DNA of 64,000 nucleotides from an uncultured delta proteobacterium (lineage in GTDB: Bacteria; Myxococcota_A; Polyangia; Haliangiales; Haliangiaceae), in contig CAWKDB010000011.1 of assembly GCA_963848295.1 (NCBI GenBank), positions 256,001-320,000 on the forward strand. Direction: 5' to 3'. The notes under the pieces are model-generated. The model saw only the letters and a program-made list of their open reading frames with translations. It was not told where the DNA came from and did not search any database. Positions 23,559 through 34,407 of the stretch are shown here, one piece after another (the stretch's first letter is position 1; each line of letters opens with the position of its first letter). The translations under genes were made by a program, and so were the position numbers.

Positions 23559-25536
23559 TTACCCGAGCGTCTGGGCCGCCGCGACGATCGCAGCGGACGT
23601 GATGCCGAGCTTCTCGAGCACGATCTCGCCCGGAGCCGACGCGCCGTAGTGATCGATGCCGATCGCGATGCCGCGGTCGCCGATGTACTCGCGCCAGCCC
23701 ATCGTGACGCCGGCTTCGATCGAGATCCGTTGCCAGCGCGCGCGAGGCAAGACTTGCTCGCGATATGCGGCGTCCTGGGCGGCGAACAGCTCCCAACACG
23801 GCAGCGACACGACGCGCGCCGCGATCTTCAGCTTCGCGAGCTCGTCGCGCGCCGCGACCGCGACCGAGACCTCGGAGCCGGTCGCGATGATGATCGACGT
23901 CTCCGCCGTCGGCGAGCACGTAACCGCCGCGCTCGGCACCCGGTGCGCCGGGCTTCGTCACGATCGGCAGATCCTGGCGCGATAGCACGAGCGCGGTCGG
24001 CCCGTCGGTTCGGGACAGCGCGTACCGCCACGCCGCGGTCGTCTCGTTGCCGTCCGCCGGCCGGAACACCGCAGAGCTGCGGCATCGCGCGCAGCGCCAT
24101 CAGGTGCTCCACCGGCTGGTGCGTCGGGCCGTCTTCGCCGAGACCGACCGAGTCGTGCGTCCACACGTAGATCACCGGCTGCTTGTTGAGCGCCGCGATC
24201 CGCACCGGCGGGCGCATGTAGTCGGAGAACACGAAGAACGTCGAGACGTAGGGGCGAACGCCGCCGTGATAGTGCAGGCCGTTGCCGATCGCGCCCATCG
24301 CGTGCTCGCGAATGCCGAACCGCAAGTTGCGCCCGGCGCCCGGCTTCTCGTAGTCGCCGCCCTTCACGATCGTCTTGGTCGAGCCACCGAGGTCGGCGTC
24401 GCCACCGAGCAGCCACGGGACTGCGCTCGGCGAGCACGGCCATGATCTTGCCGCCGGCGCTGCGCGTCGCGATCGGCTTGTCGAACGCGCGGGAGGTCAT
24501 CGCCCCAGCCCGCCGGCAGCTTGCCCGCGATCGCGAGCTCGAGCTGTGCCGCCAGCTCGGGATGCGTCCTGCTTGTACGCCGCGAACCGCTTGCGTCCAG
24601 GCCGCGCGTGCGGTCTCGCCCTTGCCGACCGCCTCGCCCATGTGGGCCCGCACGTCGTCGGGGACGTAGAACGACTTTTTCGGATCCCAGCCGAGCGCGA
24701 CCTTCGTGGCGGCGACCTCGTCGACCCCGAGCGGCGAGCCGTGCGCCGCGCTCGTGCCGGCCTTTTTCGGCGAGCCGAAGCCGATCGTCGTGTGGATGAT
24801 GATCATCGACGGCCGCTTCGTCTCGGCATTCGCCGCGGTGATCGCGCGGTCGATCGCGTCGACATCGTGATCGCCGTCCTCGACGTGCTGGACGTGCCAG
24901 CCGTACCCGGCGTAGCGCGCCCCGACGTCCTCGTCCATCGAGATGATCGAGCGGCCCGTCGAGCGTGACGTTGTTCGCGTCGTACATGTAGCAAAGCTTG
25001 CCGAGGCCGAGGTGGCCCGCGATGCTCGCGGCTTCGTGCGAGATGCCTTCCATCATGTCGCCGTCGGACACCAGCGCGTAGGTGCGGTGATCGATGATCG
25101 TATGGCCGGGGCGATTGAAGTACGTCGCGAGGTAGCGCTCCGCGATCGCCATGCCGACCGCGTTCGCGGTGCCTTGACCGAGCGGACCGGTCGTCGCCTC
25201 GACGCCGGTCGTGTGATGCCACTCCGGGTGACCCGGCGTGCTGCGTGCCCCACTGCCGGAAGCTGCTTCGAGATCCGACATCGGGAAGTCGTAGCCGGTG
25301 AGATGCAACATCGCGTAGAGCAACGCGGAGCCGTGGCCGGCCGACAACACGAAGCGATCGCGATCGAACCAGGTCGGCGCGTGCGGGTCGTGCTTCAGGT
25401 GGCGCTGCCACAACGCGTACGCCATCGGTGCGCAGCCGAGCGGCAGTCCGGGATGTCCGGAGTTCGCTTTCTGGACGGCGTCGATCGCGAGGGTTCGGAT
25501 CGTGTTGATCGACAGCGTCGTAAGGTCGGTGCTCAT
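23559..25536 (-). CDS. tkt: transketolase, split by several frameshifts (probably sequencing errors)
   Basis: [66 protein letters not shown] spread across several frames. Confidence 0.93.
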
Positions 25537-25574
25537 CGCGAGCCAAACCTAGCATGGTGATACGCTCGCCGTGG

Positions 25575-27323
25575 ATGCTGACGACCCCTCGGTGCGCGGC
25601 TCGATTCGCGATCGCGCTCGCGGCGTGCGGCGGGAGTCGAGTGCCACCGCCAACTCCCGCATCCGCGGTCGTGCCGCGCACCGCGAAGCCTCCGCTCGGC
25701 CCGGACGCGCACGAGCCCGAGCTCTATCCGCCCGCGTGGAAGACCGTCGGCGTCGGCCAGACCATCAGCTTCTCGACGTCGGTGATCGATCAGGACCTCG
25801 ACGTCACCTCCGCGACGCTCGCGAAGCATCCGGCCTCGGCGACGTTCGATCCGATCACGCAGACCGTGACGTGGACGCCGACCGCCGCGGATCGACCCGC
25901 CGCGTCGTTCACCGTCGCGATCGCGCAACCGGAGCGCGGCAAGACGCTCGAGCGCACGTTCTCGATCGCGGTCGCCGCGACGCCGCAGCCGGCGCCGACC
26001 GCGCCGGTACAGAGCCCGTTGATCGAGACGCTGCTGCTGATCCGCCAGCCCGAGCGACTCGCGCAGGTCAACCACGACTGGCCGATCGATCGCCTGCTCG
26101 AGGTCGGCGCCGCGACGTTCGCGCTGCAGTTCCCCGACGCGAAGCGCAAGCTGCTGCGGACCACGCTCGACGGCGCGACCGCATACAAGCAGATGCTGAC
26201 TGGGCTCGCCCAGGTCCAGCGCAACCCGCGGCTCGATCCGGCATCACCGCAGTTCGACCGCGCCGCGTTCGGCGATGCGAAGAGCTGGAAGATCGTCGCG
26301 TTCCGGCCGCGCATCGACAAGCAGTGGTCCGAGCTGCGCGTCGTGTATCGCGCGATGAACGCGCCCGAGCCGGTGTTCGCGATGTTCCGGCTCCGCCCGG
26401 TCGTCGAATACGTGCCCGCGCTGCCGCGCCCCGGCGACGAGCTCGACGCGGACAACCAGGTGTTCCTCGCGATGGTCGCGAAGCGCTTGATGAAGGCGGG
26501 CGGCCCGAATCCGGCGTTCGACGAGGACATCGCCGGCCACGCCGCGGCGGTGTCGAGGTTGCTGACCGACGTCATGACCTACGACGCGACGACGACCGCG
26601 AAGTATCGCCACGGCTTCCTGATCGGTCTCGCGATGGAAGCGCGGATGGGCGGCGGCTCGGTGCGCGACGCGGCCGGGCACTACGTGTCGGGCGACGGCT
26701 GGGGATGGAGCGCGATGAAGCCGTTCCAGACCGCCGACGGTACCGGCCAGGCCTACGTCAACATCGCGATTCCCGGGTTCTGGACCGACCTCGTCCCGGG
26801 CAAGGCACGCACACACGATCTGCCGTGGCAGCCGAGATGCGCGCCCCGGTTCGACGTGAACAGTCCGGATCACGTCCCGGGCTACGACGCCCTGTGCCGC
26901 AAGACGATGGGCCTCGTCGATCTTCCCGAGCTGGTCAACGGCAAGATCGCGAACGGCAAGCTCGACGCGACGAACCTCTACGTCCGGCACAAGCAGACGT
27001 TCATGGTCGACCACCTCCCGCTCGCCGACGGTCGCCGCGATGTCGGCGAAGAGAACGGCATGACGTGCTCGCAGTGCCACATTCGCAACTTCGGCATGCA
27101 CGACTGGCGGGATCCGGCGACCAACGATCCCGACGCCGGCACGCCGAAGGCGCTGAACCACGCGCTGCCGACCGTCGACTTCCAGATCATTCCAACCACG
27201 ACCTGGGAGCCGTTCACGCTCGAGTTCCTCGACTACCAGGAGTGTCGCGCGAAGATGATGCTCGAGCTGTACCTGGGTGCCGACGCCGCGAGGCACCTGA
27301 CCTGCCCGCTCGCCAACCGATGA
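25575..27323 (+). CDS. hypothetical lipoprotein with Ig-like N-terminal domain and a single CxxCH motif
   Basis: LAAC lipobox; ATFDPITQTVTWTPT (Ig/cadherin-like); MTCSQCHI near the C-terminus. Confidence 0.7.
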   Translation: MLTTPRCAARFAIALAACGGSRVPPPTPASAVVPRTAKPPLGPDAHEPELYPPAWKTVGVGQTISFSTSVIDQDLDVTSATLAKHPASATFDPITQTVTWTPTAADRPAASFTVAIAQPERGKTLERTFSIAVAATPQPAPTAPVQSPLIETLLLIRQPERLAQVNHDWPIDRLLEVGAATFALQFPDAKRKLLRTTLDGATAYKQMLTGLAQVQRNPRLDPASPQFDRAAFGDAKSWKIVAFRPRIDKQWSELRVVYRAMNAPEPVFAMFRLRPVVEYVPALPRPGDELDADNQVFLAMVAKRLMKAGGPNPAFDEDIAGHAAAVSRLLTDVMTYDATTTAKYRHGFLIGLAMEARMGGGSVRDAAGHYVSGDGWGWSAMKPFQTADGTGQAYVNIAIPGFWTDLVPGKARTHDLPWQPRCAPRFDVNSPDHVPGYDALCRKTMGLVDLPELVNGKIANGKLDATNLYVRHKQTFMVDHLPLADGRRDVGEENGMTCSQCHIRNFGMHDWRDPATNDPDAGTPKALNHALPTVDFQIIPTTTWEPFTLEFLDYQECRAKMMLELYLGADAARHLTCPLANR

Positions 27324-28510
27324 CCAAGCTCCCGGTCCTCAAGGCGGCGGGCCCGCGCGGGGGCGCGACGGCGTTCACCGATAGCGGCGCGGCTCCTCGC
27401 TGGGTCACGGCCGCGCGGATCGTGATGCTGGTCGCGTTCGGGGCGACGATCCCCGCGGTGCTCGGGCTGCGGCACGGCAATCGGGCGGTGTGGACCGTCG
27501 CGCTCGCCGCGCTGCCGATGTTCTGGACGGTCACCGGCTATCACGTGTGGCGGCGGATCTGCCCGCTCGCCGTCGTGGGACAGACCGGTCGGCTGCTCGG
27601 CCGCCCCGGTACGCGGAAGGTCGGCGAGTGGCTCGCGGCGAACTACTTGGTCGTCCAGCTCGGGTTCATGATCGCGTGTCTCACGCTGCGGCTCGTCGCG
27701 ACCAACGGCGGCGACCGCTGGCTCGCCGGATTCCTCGGCGGGATCGCGGGGTGCGCGCTCGTCACGTCGTTCATCTACGGCGGCAAGACCTGGTGCAACT
27801 TCCTGTGCCCGATCGGCATGGTCGAGAAGATCCACACCGAGCCGGCGCGCTCGGCGATAGGTGCCGACTCGCTGACCTCGCAGTGCATGCCGTGCGTCGC
27901 GTGCAAGAAACACTGCCCGGACATCGATCTCGAGCAGGGCTACTGGAAGGAAGCCGGCGACGGGTCGCGCCGGATCGCGTACTTCGCGTGGCCGGGCGTC
28001 GTCGTCGGGTTCTACCTCTACTTCTATCTCGTCAGCGGCGGCTGGGACTACTACTTCTCCGGCGCGTGGGCGTACGAGCGCGCGCTGCCGCTCGCGACCG
28101 GAGCGGGCTGGTGGTTCGCGACCGCGGTGCCGCGCATCGTCGCCGCGCCGGTGACGCTGGTCGCGTTCGGCGGCGCGAGCTTCGCGCTGTTCGCCGCGAT
28201 CGAGGCGATGGCGCGTTCGGCGTGGCGCCGCGGCCATCCCGGTGTGACCGACGACGCGCAGGCGCGAGCCCGGATCCGGCACGTCCTGCTGGCGGTCGCC
28301 GGCTTCGTCGCGTTCGACGCGTTCTATTTGTTCGCGGGCCGGCCCACGTTGCGCGAGCTACCGCCGTGGCTCGTCGCGGGCTGGAACATCGCGGTGGTCG
28401 TCGCGTCGATCGCGATGCTGCTCCGCCGCATCGGTGGGCGCGAGCAGCTACGGCCGCTAGGGATTCGGCGTGCCCGGGCGGATCTTCGAAGCGCTCATCC
28501 GCTTCGATGA
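27320..28510 (+). CDS. membrane polyferredoxin (4Fe-4S binding, NapH/RdxA-like motifs)
   Basis: WRRICP, WCNFLCPIG, CMPCVACKKHCP; multiple TM segments; ATGA overlap with the upstream gene. Confidence 0.8.
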   Translation: MTKLPVLKAAGPRGGATAFTDSGAAPRWVTAARIVMLVAFGATIPAVLGLRHGNRAVWTVALAALPMFWTVTGYHVWRRICPLAVVGQTGRLLGRPGTRKVGEWLAANYLVVQLGFMIACLTLRLVATNGGDRWLAGFLGGIAGCALVTSFIYGGKTWCNFLCPIGMVEKIHTEPARSAIGADSLTSQCMPCVACKKHCPDIDLEQGYWKEAGDGSRRIAYFAWPGVVVGFYLYFYLVSGGWDYYFSGAWAYERALPLATGAGWWFATAVPRIVAAPVTLVAFGGASFALFAAIEAMARSAWRRGHPGVTDDAQARARIRHVLLAVAGFVAFDAFYLFAGRPTLRELPPWLVAGWNIAVVVASIAMLLRRIGGREQLRPLGIRRARADLRSAHPLR

Positions 28511-30187
28511 GGCCGCCGGGTCGTACGGGTCGAGCTCGACCACGAATCGCGCGCCGGGCCGAGCATCCTCGACCCACACGCGACCGCCCATCGCCTCGAC
28601 CTGGCTCCTCACGATCGCGAGGCCGAGGCCGGAGCCGCCGCGATCGCGACTGCGCCCGGCGTCGAGCCGATAGAACCGCTCGAACACCCGCTCCTCGTGG
28701 CCGCGCGGGATCCCCGGACCGCGGTCGCTGATCGCGAGCCGGATCTTCTTGCCGTCGCGCACCGCACTCACGCCGACCGGGGTGTCGCCGCCGTACTTGA
28801 CCGCGTTGTCGATCAGGTTCTGGACGACGTGATCGAGCCCATCGCGCGTGCCGAGCACCTCGAGCGCGGGCGCGACATCGATCGAGATCTGCGCGCTCGG
28901 GGTGACGCCCTTCGCGGTCCGCACCGCGTCCTGCACGACCTCGACGAGCGCGATCGCGACGCGATCGCCGACGACCGCCTCGCGACCGCCGAGTTGTTCG
29001 AGCACGAGCAGATCCGAGACCAGGCCGGCGATGCGCTGCGCGTTGCGGTGGATCGTCTGCAAGAACTCGCGCGACGTATCGCTGTCGACGCCGGCGCCGA
29101 GCAGCGTCTCGGCGTAGCCCGAGATCGAGGTGACCGGCGTGCGCAGCTCGTGCGCGGCGTTCGACAGGAAACCCTGGCGCACTGCCTCGGCAGCGCGCAG
29201 CGCGGTGACGTCGTAGAGCACGACGATGACCGCTCCGGCTTGCAACGGACGAGCCGCCGCGCGCACGGTGCGGCCGACGAGCTCGAGCTCGTCGTCGGCT
29301 TGCTCGCCCTTTTCGGCGCGCGCGACGAGCTTCGCGAGCGGCGCTGGCAACGGCCCTTCGCCGACGAGCGGCTGCGCGGCTTCGTTGACGAGCGTCAAGG
29401 CACCACCGGGCGCGACCACGACCACGCCCTCGACCAGAGCTCCGACCACGACCGATTGCAAGTCGCGCTGCTCGGTGAGCTCGGCGATCCGCGCTTTGAT
29501 CTCGCCAGCCATCTGCATCATCGCGCGCGCGAGCACGCCGAAGTCGCCGCCGGCGGCGAGCGCCGCGGTCGGCGGTGGCGCATCGAACTGGCCCGCCGCG
29601 AGTCGCTCGGCGGTCAGCGTCACCGAGCGAATCGGCCGCGTGATCGCGCGAACGAACACCCACGATAACAACAGCGAGCCGACGAACCCGACGCCAAAGC
29701 CGACGAGCAAGCGCGCCCGCATCCGCGCGCGGGCCTCGGCGATGTCCCCGATCGGGACCGCGAGCCGGACCACCGCGCCCGCTCCGGCCGGGACCGCGAG
29801 CAGGTACTGCGGCGGCTCGTCGGGCGTCAGCGAGCGCTGCGCGCGTCCGGTCGCGCCGGTCCGCGCCTGGGCGACCTCTTCGGCGTCGCCGATCGGTCTG
29901 CCGACCGCACCGCGATCGGCCGAGTCCCCGGTGATCATCCCGTCGGCGCCGACGATCGTGATCCGGGTCCCCGTGACATCGGCGAGCTCCTGCGCGAGCT
30001 GCGCCGGGTTGCCCTCTTTCGCGAGCCACTCGGCGACCGCGCGGCCTTGCTTCGCGAGCCGCGTGTCGAGGCCGGCGACGAGGTCGCCGGCGAGCGTGCG
30101 CTCGATCCCGAAGAGCGTCGCCGTTCCGCCGAGCACGACCGCCACGAAGAACGTGACGAGCAGCCGATAGCGGAGGGTCTTACGCAT
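28457..30187 (-). CDS. phoR: sensor histidine kinase, PhoR-like (HAMP-PAS-HisKA-HATPase)
   Basis: HELRTPVTSISGYAETL, NLIDNAVKY, FERFYRLDAGRSRDRGGSGLGL. Confidence 0.8.
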   Translation of the reverse strand: MRKTLRYRLLVTFFVAVVLGGTATLFGIERTLAGDLVAGLDTRLAKQGRAVAEWLAKEGNPAQLAQELADVTGTRITIVGADGMITGDSADRGAVGRPIGDAEEVAQARTGATGRAQRSLTPDEPPQYLLAVPAGAGAVVRLAVPIGDIAEARARMRARLLVGFGVGFVGSLLLSWVFVRAITRPIRSVTLTAERLAAGQFDAPPPTAALAAGGDFGVLARAMMQMAGEIKARIAELTEQRDLQSVVVGALVEGVVVVAPGGALTLVNEAAQPLVGEGPLPAPLAKLVARAEKGEQADDELELVGRTVRAAARPLQAGAVIVVLYDVTALRAAEAVRQGFLSNAAHELRTPVTSISGYAETLLGAGVDSDTSREFLQTIHRNAQRIAGLVSDLLVLEQLGGREAVVGDRVAIALVEVVQDAVRTAKGVTPSAQISIDVAPALEVLGTRDGLDHVVQNLIDNAVKYGGDTPVGVSAVRDGKKIRLAISDRGPGIPRGHEERVFERFYRLDAGRSRDRGGSGLGLAIVRSQVEAMGGRVWVEDARPGARFVVELDPYDPAASSKRMSASKIRPGTPNP

Positions 30188-30884
30188 CGCGCCGAGCGCG
30201 ATAGCCAAACCCGTGCACCGTCTCGATCACTTCGGACGCGGTGCCGAGGCTGACGCGCAGCCGGCGCACGTGGACATCGACCGTCCGCGTGTTGATGTCG
30301 CCGCGCATCTCCCACACCTGCTCGAGCAGCTCCTCGCGCGAGAACACGCGGCCGGGATCGCCGACGAGCAACTGCAACAGCTTGTACTCGAGCGGGCGCA
30401 GCTGGGTCGGCGCACCGTCGATCTTGACGTCGTGGGTGACCGGATCGAGCTCGATCGGACCGACCTTGAGCAGACCCGTGGCGTCGCTCGACGTCGGCCG
30501 CGCCTTGCGCTCGGCGATGCGATTCGCGAGCGCGGTCACGCGCAACACGACCTCGCGCACGTTGAACGGCTTGACGACGTAGTCGTCGGCGCCGACCTCG
30601 AGGCCCAGGATCCGATCCTCGGCCTCGCCCTTCGCGGTCAGCATCAGCACGCCGACGTCATTGAGCTTCGCGTCGCCGCGGATCTCCTTGCACACGTCGT
30701 AGCCAGACGCGTCGGGCAACATCAGGTCGAGCACGACGACGTCCGGGATCTGCGCGCGAGCGGCCGCGAGCCCTTCGGCGCCGGTGCCGGCGGATACGAC
30801 GGTGAAGCCCGCGCTTTGCAGGTTGAACTCCACCAATCGAGCGACATCGCGCTCGTCCTCGATGATCACCACCCGGCGTTCCAT
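30180..30884 (-). CDS. phoB: OmpR/PhoB-family response regulator
   Basis: IIEDE, LDLMLP, MLTAKGE, GADDYVVKPF, TRTVDVHVRRLR, IETVHGFGY. Confidence 0.78.
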   Translation of the reverse strand: MERRVVIIEDERDVARLVEFNLQSAGFTVVSAGTGAEGLAAARAQIPDVVVLDLMLPDASGYDVCKEIRGDAKLNDVGVLMLTAKGEAEDRILGLEVGADDYVVKPFNVREVVLRVTALANRIAERKARPTSSDATGLLKVGPIELDPVTHDVKIDGAPTQLRPLEYKLLQLLVGDPGRVFSREELLEQVWEMRGDINTRTVDVHVRRLRVSLGTASEVIETVHGFGYRARRDA

Positions 30885-30914
30885 CCCTAGGTTATACATC
30901 GTAGGCTCGGCCGC

Positions 30915-31643
30915 GTGCGTGGCTCTGCGGCCTTCGTCCTGTTCGCGGCCTGCTCGTCACACGCGGACCGCCACACCGTCCGGGTCGCGGCGGCGGCGGA
31001 TCTGGCGCAGGCGCTGCCCGCGGTCGCTCGCGCGTTCACCCAGAAGACCGGGATCACTCCACTGTTCGACTTCCAGTCGAGCGGCGTGCTCGCGAAGCAG
31101 ATCGAGGCCGGCGCGCCGTACGCGCTGTTCGCCGCGGCGAGCCGGACGTACGTCGATCAGGTGATCGCGAGCGGCAAGTGCGATGCCTCGACCGCGCAAT
31201 CGTACTCGCGCGGCACGCTCGTCGTGTGGACGAAGTCGGGGCCGGCTCCCACGCTCGCCGACCTCGCCGACGATCGATTCAAGCGCATCGCGATCGCGAA
31301 CCCGGATCACGCGCCGTATGGCCACGCCGCGGTGCAGGCGCTGAAGAAGGCGAACCTCTACGATCGCGTCCACGAGCGGCTCGTGATCGCGGAGAACGTG
31401 CAGACCGCGATGACGTTCGCGCAGCAAGGCAGCGCCGATGTCGCGATCGTCGCGCTCGCGCTCGCGATCGGCGATGGCAGCGGCGGCTATACGGTCGTCG
31501 ATCCCGCGCTGTATCCGCCGCTCGATCAGGCGCTCGTCGTGTGCGGCACCGGCGCCGACGCGGCGGCCGGCCTCCAGCTCGCGCAGTACATCGAGTCCGC
31601 GGAAGGCAAGGCGATCCTCGCGCGCTACGGGTTCACGCCATGA
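30915..31643 (+). CDS. modA: molybdate ABC transporter substrate-binding protein
   Basis: VAAAADL, SSGVLAKQIEAGAP, IAIANPDHAPYG, AENV. Confidence 0.9.
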   Translation: MRGSAAFVLFAACSSHADRHTVRVAAAADLAQALPAVARAFTQKTGITPLFDFQSSGVLAKQIEAGAPYALFAAASRTYVDQVIASGKCDASTAQSYSRGTLVVWTKSGPAPTLADLADDRFKRIAIANPDHAPYGHAAVQALKKANLYDRVHERLVIAENVQTAMTFAQQGSADVAIVALALAIGDGSGGYTVVDPALYPPLDQALVVCGTGADAAAGLQLAQYIESAEGKAILARYGFTP

Positions 31644-32737
31644 GGCCCGAGACGCTCGCGATCAAGACCGGCCACGCGGCGAACGCGGTGGTGCCGAACA
31701 TCGAGCTCGCGACGACGTATCCGCGCGACGCCAGCTACGCGCTGCCCGATGGCCGCGACTACATCCGCGACAAGGCCGCGACTCCGATGTACGCGGAACA
31801 AGTATTGGTCGCGCTCGAGCGCGGCGCGGCGGCGATGGTGTTCGCGTCGGGGATGGCGGCGGCGACCGCGGCGATTCGCGCGACGTGCAAGCCCGGCGAT
31901 CACGTCGTATTCCCGCGTGCCGGCTACTACGCGCTGCGCGAGTGGCTGCGCAAGTTCGCGGCGCGCTGGCAGCTCAGCGTCGACTTCACCGCCGAGCCGA
32001 TCGCGGCGTTGCGACCGGGCGCGACGCGGCTCGTGTGGATCGAGACCCCGGCGAACCCGACGTGGGAGGTCACCGACATCGCGGCGGTCGCGACCGCGGC
32101 GCACGCGGCCGGTGCGCGCGTCTATGTCGACTCGACGTGCGCGACGCCGGTCCACACGCGCGCGCTCGAGCTCGGCGCCGACCTCGTCCTGCACGCGGCG
32201 ACGAAGTATCTCGCCGGCCACTCCGACGTCCTCGCCGGCGCGCTCGTCACCGCGAAGCCCGATGCCGAGTGGGCCGAGCTGGCGCAACTCCGGCGCGAAG
32301 AAGGTCCGTGCCTCGGCCCGGTCGAGGCGTACTTGTTGTTGCGCGGGATGCGGACGCTGTTCGTGCGGGTCGCCAGGCAGAGCGCGACCGCGCTGTCGCT
32401 CGCGCGCCGGTTGTCGGCGCTGCCCGGCGTCACCGTGCGCTATCCCGGGCTGCGATCGCATCCGCAGCACGCGATCGCCGCGCGCCAGATGACCGGCGGG
32501 TTCGGCGGCATGCTGTCGATCGAGACCGGCGGTGGTGCGGCGCGCGCGCTCGCGGTGGTCGGCAAGCTGGAGATCTGGGTGCCGGCGACGTCGCTCGGCG
32601 GTGTCGAGAGTCTGGTCGAGCATCGCGTCACGGTCGAAGGCCCCGCCAGCCCGACGCCAGCGGACTTGCTGCGGCTGTCGGTCGGGCTCGAGCACGAGGA
32701 CGATCTCTACGACGATCTCGTCGCGGCGCTGTCGTGA
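31640..32737 (+). CDS. cystathionine gamma-synthase/lyase family PLP enzyme
   Basis: FASGMAA, WIETPANP, VDST, ATKYLAGHSD, ATSLGGVESL, LRLSVGLE. Confidence 0.92.
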   Translation: MRPETLAIKTGHAANAVVPNIELATTYPRDASYALPDGRDYIRDKAATPMYAEQVLVALERGAAAMVFASGMAAATAAIRATCKPGDHVVFPRAGYYALREWLRKFAARWQLSVDFTAEPIAALRPGATRLVWIETPANPTWEVTDIAAVATAAHAAGARVYVDSTCATPVHTRALELGADLVLHAATKYLAGHSDVLAGALVTAKPDAEWAELAQLRREEGPCLGPVEAYLLLRGMRTLFVRVARQSATALSLARRLSALPGVTVRYPGLRSHPQHAIAARQMTGGFGGMLSIETGGGAARALAVVGKLEIWVPATSLGGVESLVEHRVTVEGPASPTPADLLRLSVGLEHEDDLYDDLVAALS

Positions 32738-33561
32738 ACCTGAGGATCGCGACGTGCGCGGCGCTGCCCGAGGTCGACAACGACGCGGCGCCACTCGCCG
32801 CCGCGCTCGCCGCCGCCGGCATCGCGGCGCCGGTCCTCGCGTGGGATGACCCGAGCGTCGACTGGGATGCGCCGATCCCGACCCTGCTGCGCTCGACGTG
32901 GAACTACGCGCTGGACCCGCCCGCGTTCCTCGCGTGGATCGATCGCGCGAGCCGCGCCGCGCCGCTGTGGAACCCGCCGCACGTCGTGCGCGCGAACGTC
33001 CACAAGAGGTACCTGCTCGAGCTCGCCGCGCGCGGCGTGGCGACCGCAGCGACGACGCTGGTCGAGCGCGGTGGTGCGGCGGCGGCCGTCATCCCGGCCG
33101 GCAAGATCGTGATCAAGCCCGAGGTCGGCGCCGGCTCGCTCGGCGCGAAGGTGTTCGAGGACGACGACGCAGCCGCTCGCGCTCACCTCCGCGAGCTCAC
33201 CGCGTGCGGCGCGGCGCTGATCCAGCCATACATCGCCTCGGTCGACGACTACGGCGAGCGATCGCTGATCTGGGTCGACGGCGCGATCACGCACGCGATC
33301 CGCAAGACCCCGCGGTTCGCCGGCGATCCCGAACGCGTCGATGGTCCGATGGCGATCGCCGACGACGAACGCGCCGTCGCGATCGCCGCGGTCGCGCCGT
33401 TCGCCGCCGACATCCTCTACGCGCGGATCGACCTGGCGCGCGACCCGGCCGGCCGCCCGCTGGTCATGGAGCTCGAGATGATCGAGCCGTCTCTGTTCTT
33501 CACGTACGGCCCCGAGGCACTCGATCGGCTAGTTCGCCGGCTGCGCGAGCTGCTGCGCTAG
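32734..33561 (+). CDS. ATP-grasp protein (RimK/glutathione-synthetase-like)
   Basis: LRSTWNY, NVHKRYL, VIKPEVGAGS, LIQPY, YARID, VMELEMIEPSLF. Confidence 0.85.
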   Translation: MNLRIATCAALPEVDNDAAPLAAALAAAGIAAPVLAWDDPSVDWDAPIPTLLRSTWNYALDPPAFLAWIDRASRAAPLWNPPHVVRANVHKRYLLELAARGVATAATTLVERGGAAAAVIPAGKIVIKPEVGAGSLGAKVFEDDDAAARAHLRELTACGAALIQPYIASVDDYGERSLIWVDGAITHAIRKTPRFAGDPERVDGPMAIADDERAVAIAAVAPFAADILYARIDLARDPAGRPLVMELEMIEPSLFFTYGPEALDRLVRRLRELLR

Positions 33562-34374
33562 CCGCGCGATCGCATCGATCGTCCACGCACCGTACCAGAA
33601 CAGATCCTTGCCGGACACGCGCACCACCCGCGCGCTCGGCGCCGCGGCGTGCAACACCGCTTCGTCCGCGGCGGAGAACCCGTGCGGCTCGTCGGGCAGC
33701 ACGATCAGCTCGGGGGCGCGGGCGCGCAGCTCGTCGAGCGTGATCCGGGGATAGCGCTGATCGCGTCCGCCCGGATCGATCGCCGCCGCCTTGCCGAGAT
33801 CGGCGGCGAGTGGATACAGCCGCTGGCGTTCGCCGAACGCGTTCGCGACCCCGGCATGGGCGAGCACGTCGGAGCCGAACGTGTCGGCGTTGATCGTCAT
33901 CAGCGGATCCATCCAGATCGGCACGAACGCGCGCGCGCGGGCCGGCGGCGGCTCCGCCGGGACCTCCAGGCTGCGCCGGATCAGGTCGCGCGCCGCCGGA
34001 TCGTCGGACACCCCGAGCGCGCGGGCCAGCCGCGCGAGATGAGCGAGCCCCTGCCCGACTCGGCGCGGCAACGACACCAGCAGCGGCACCCGACCGGCGA
34101 GCGCCTCGAGCGGCTTGCGCGCGTTCTCCTCTTGGTTCGCGATGACGAGATCGGGCGCGAGCGCGACGACCGCCTCGACGTCGACGTCCTTCGTGCCACC
34201 GACCGTCGCGACGCCGGGCGCCTCGCAGTAGGTCGTCACGCCGACCAGCCGCGAACGGGCCCCGAGCGCGATCACGCTATGCGTGTCGCTCGGCACGAGC
34301 GACACGACGCGCTCGGGCGGACGAGCGAAGCGCAGCGCGCGGCCGAGGTCGTCGGTGACAGTCGTCGTCGGCAC
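33529..34374 (-). CDS. helical-backbone metal receptor (BtuF-like)
   Basis: TDDLGR...PERVVSLVPS, VGGTKD, PDLVIANQEEN, LPDEP, WYG. Confidence 0.85.
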   Translation of the reverse strand: MPTTTVTDDLGRALRFARPPERVVSLVPSDTHSVIALGARSRLVGVTTYCEAPGVATVGGTKDVDVEAVVALAPDLVIANQEENARKPLEALAGRVPLLVSLPRRVGQGLAHLARLARALGVSDDPAARDLIRRSLEVPAEPPPARARAFVPIWMDPLMTINADTFGSDVLAHAGVANAFGERQRLYPLAADLGKAAAIDPGGRDQRYPRITLDELRARAPELIVLPDEPHGFSAADEAVLHAAAPSARVVRVSGKDLFWYGAWTIDAIARLAQQLAQPAN

Positions 34375-34407
34375 GTGCCGCGTATACCATCGTGCTAAGG
34401 TCGCGAC

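Noticed and set aside
23559..25536. tkt as a true pseudogene or programmed frameshift
   Set aside because: All catalytic motifs are intact, there are no in-frame nonsense changes, and similar indels occur across the window, so sequencing error is more likely.
25571..27319. 979-aa ORF as a single protein
   Set aside because: The first ~580 codons are an Arg-rich shadow frame of the CxxCH lipoprotein. The real gene starts at ATG 27320.
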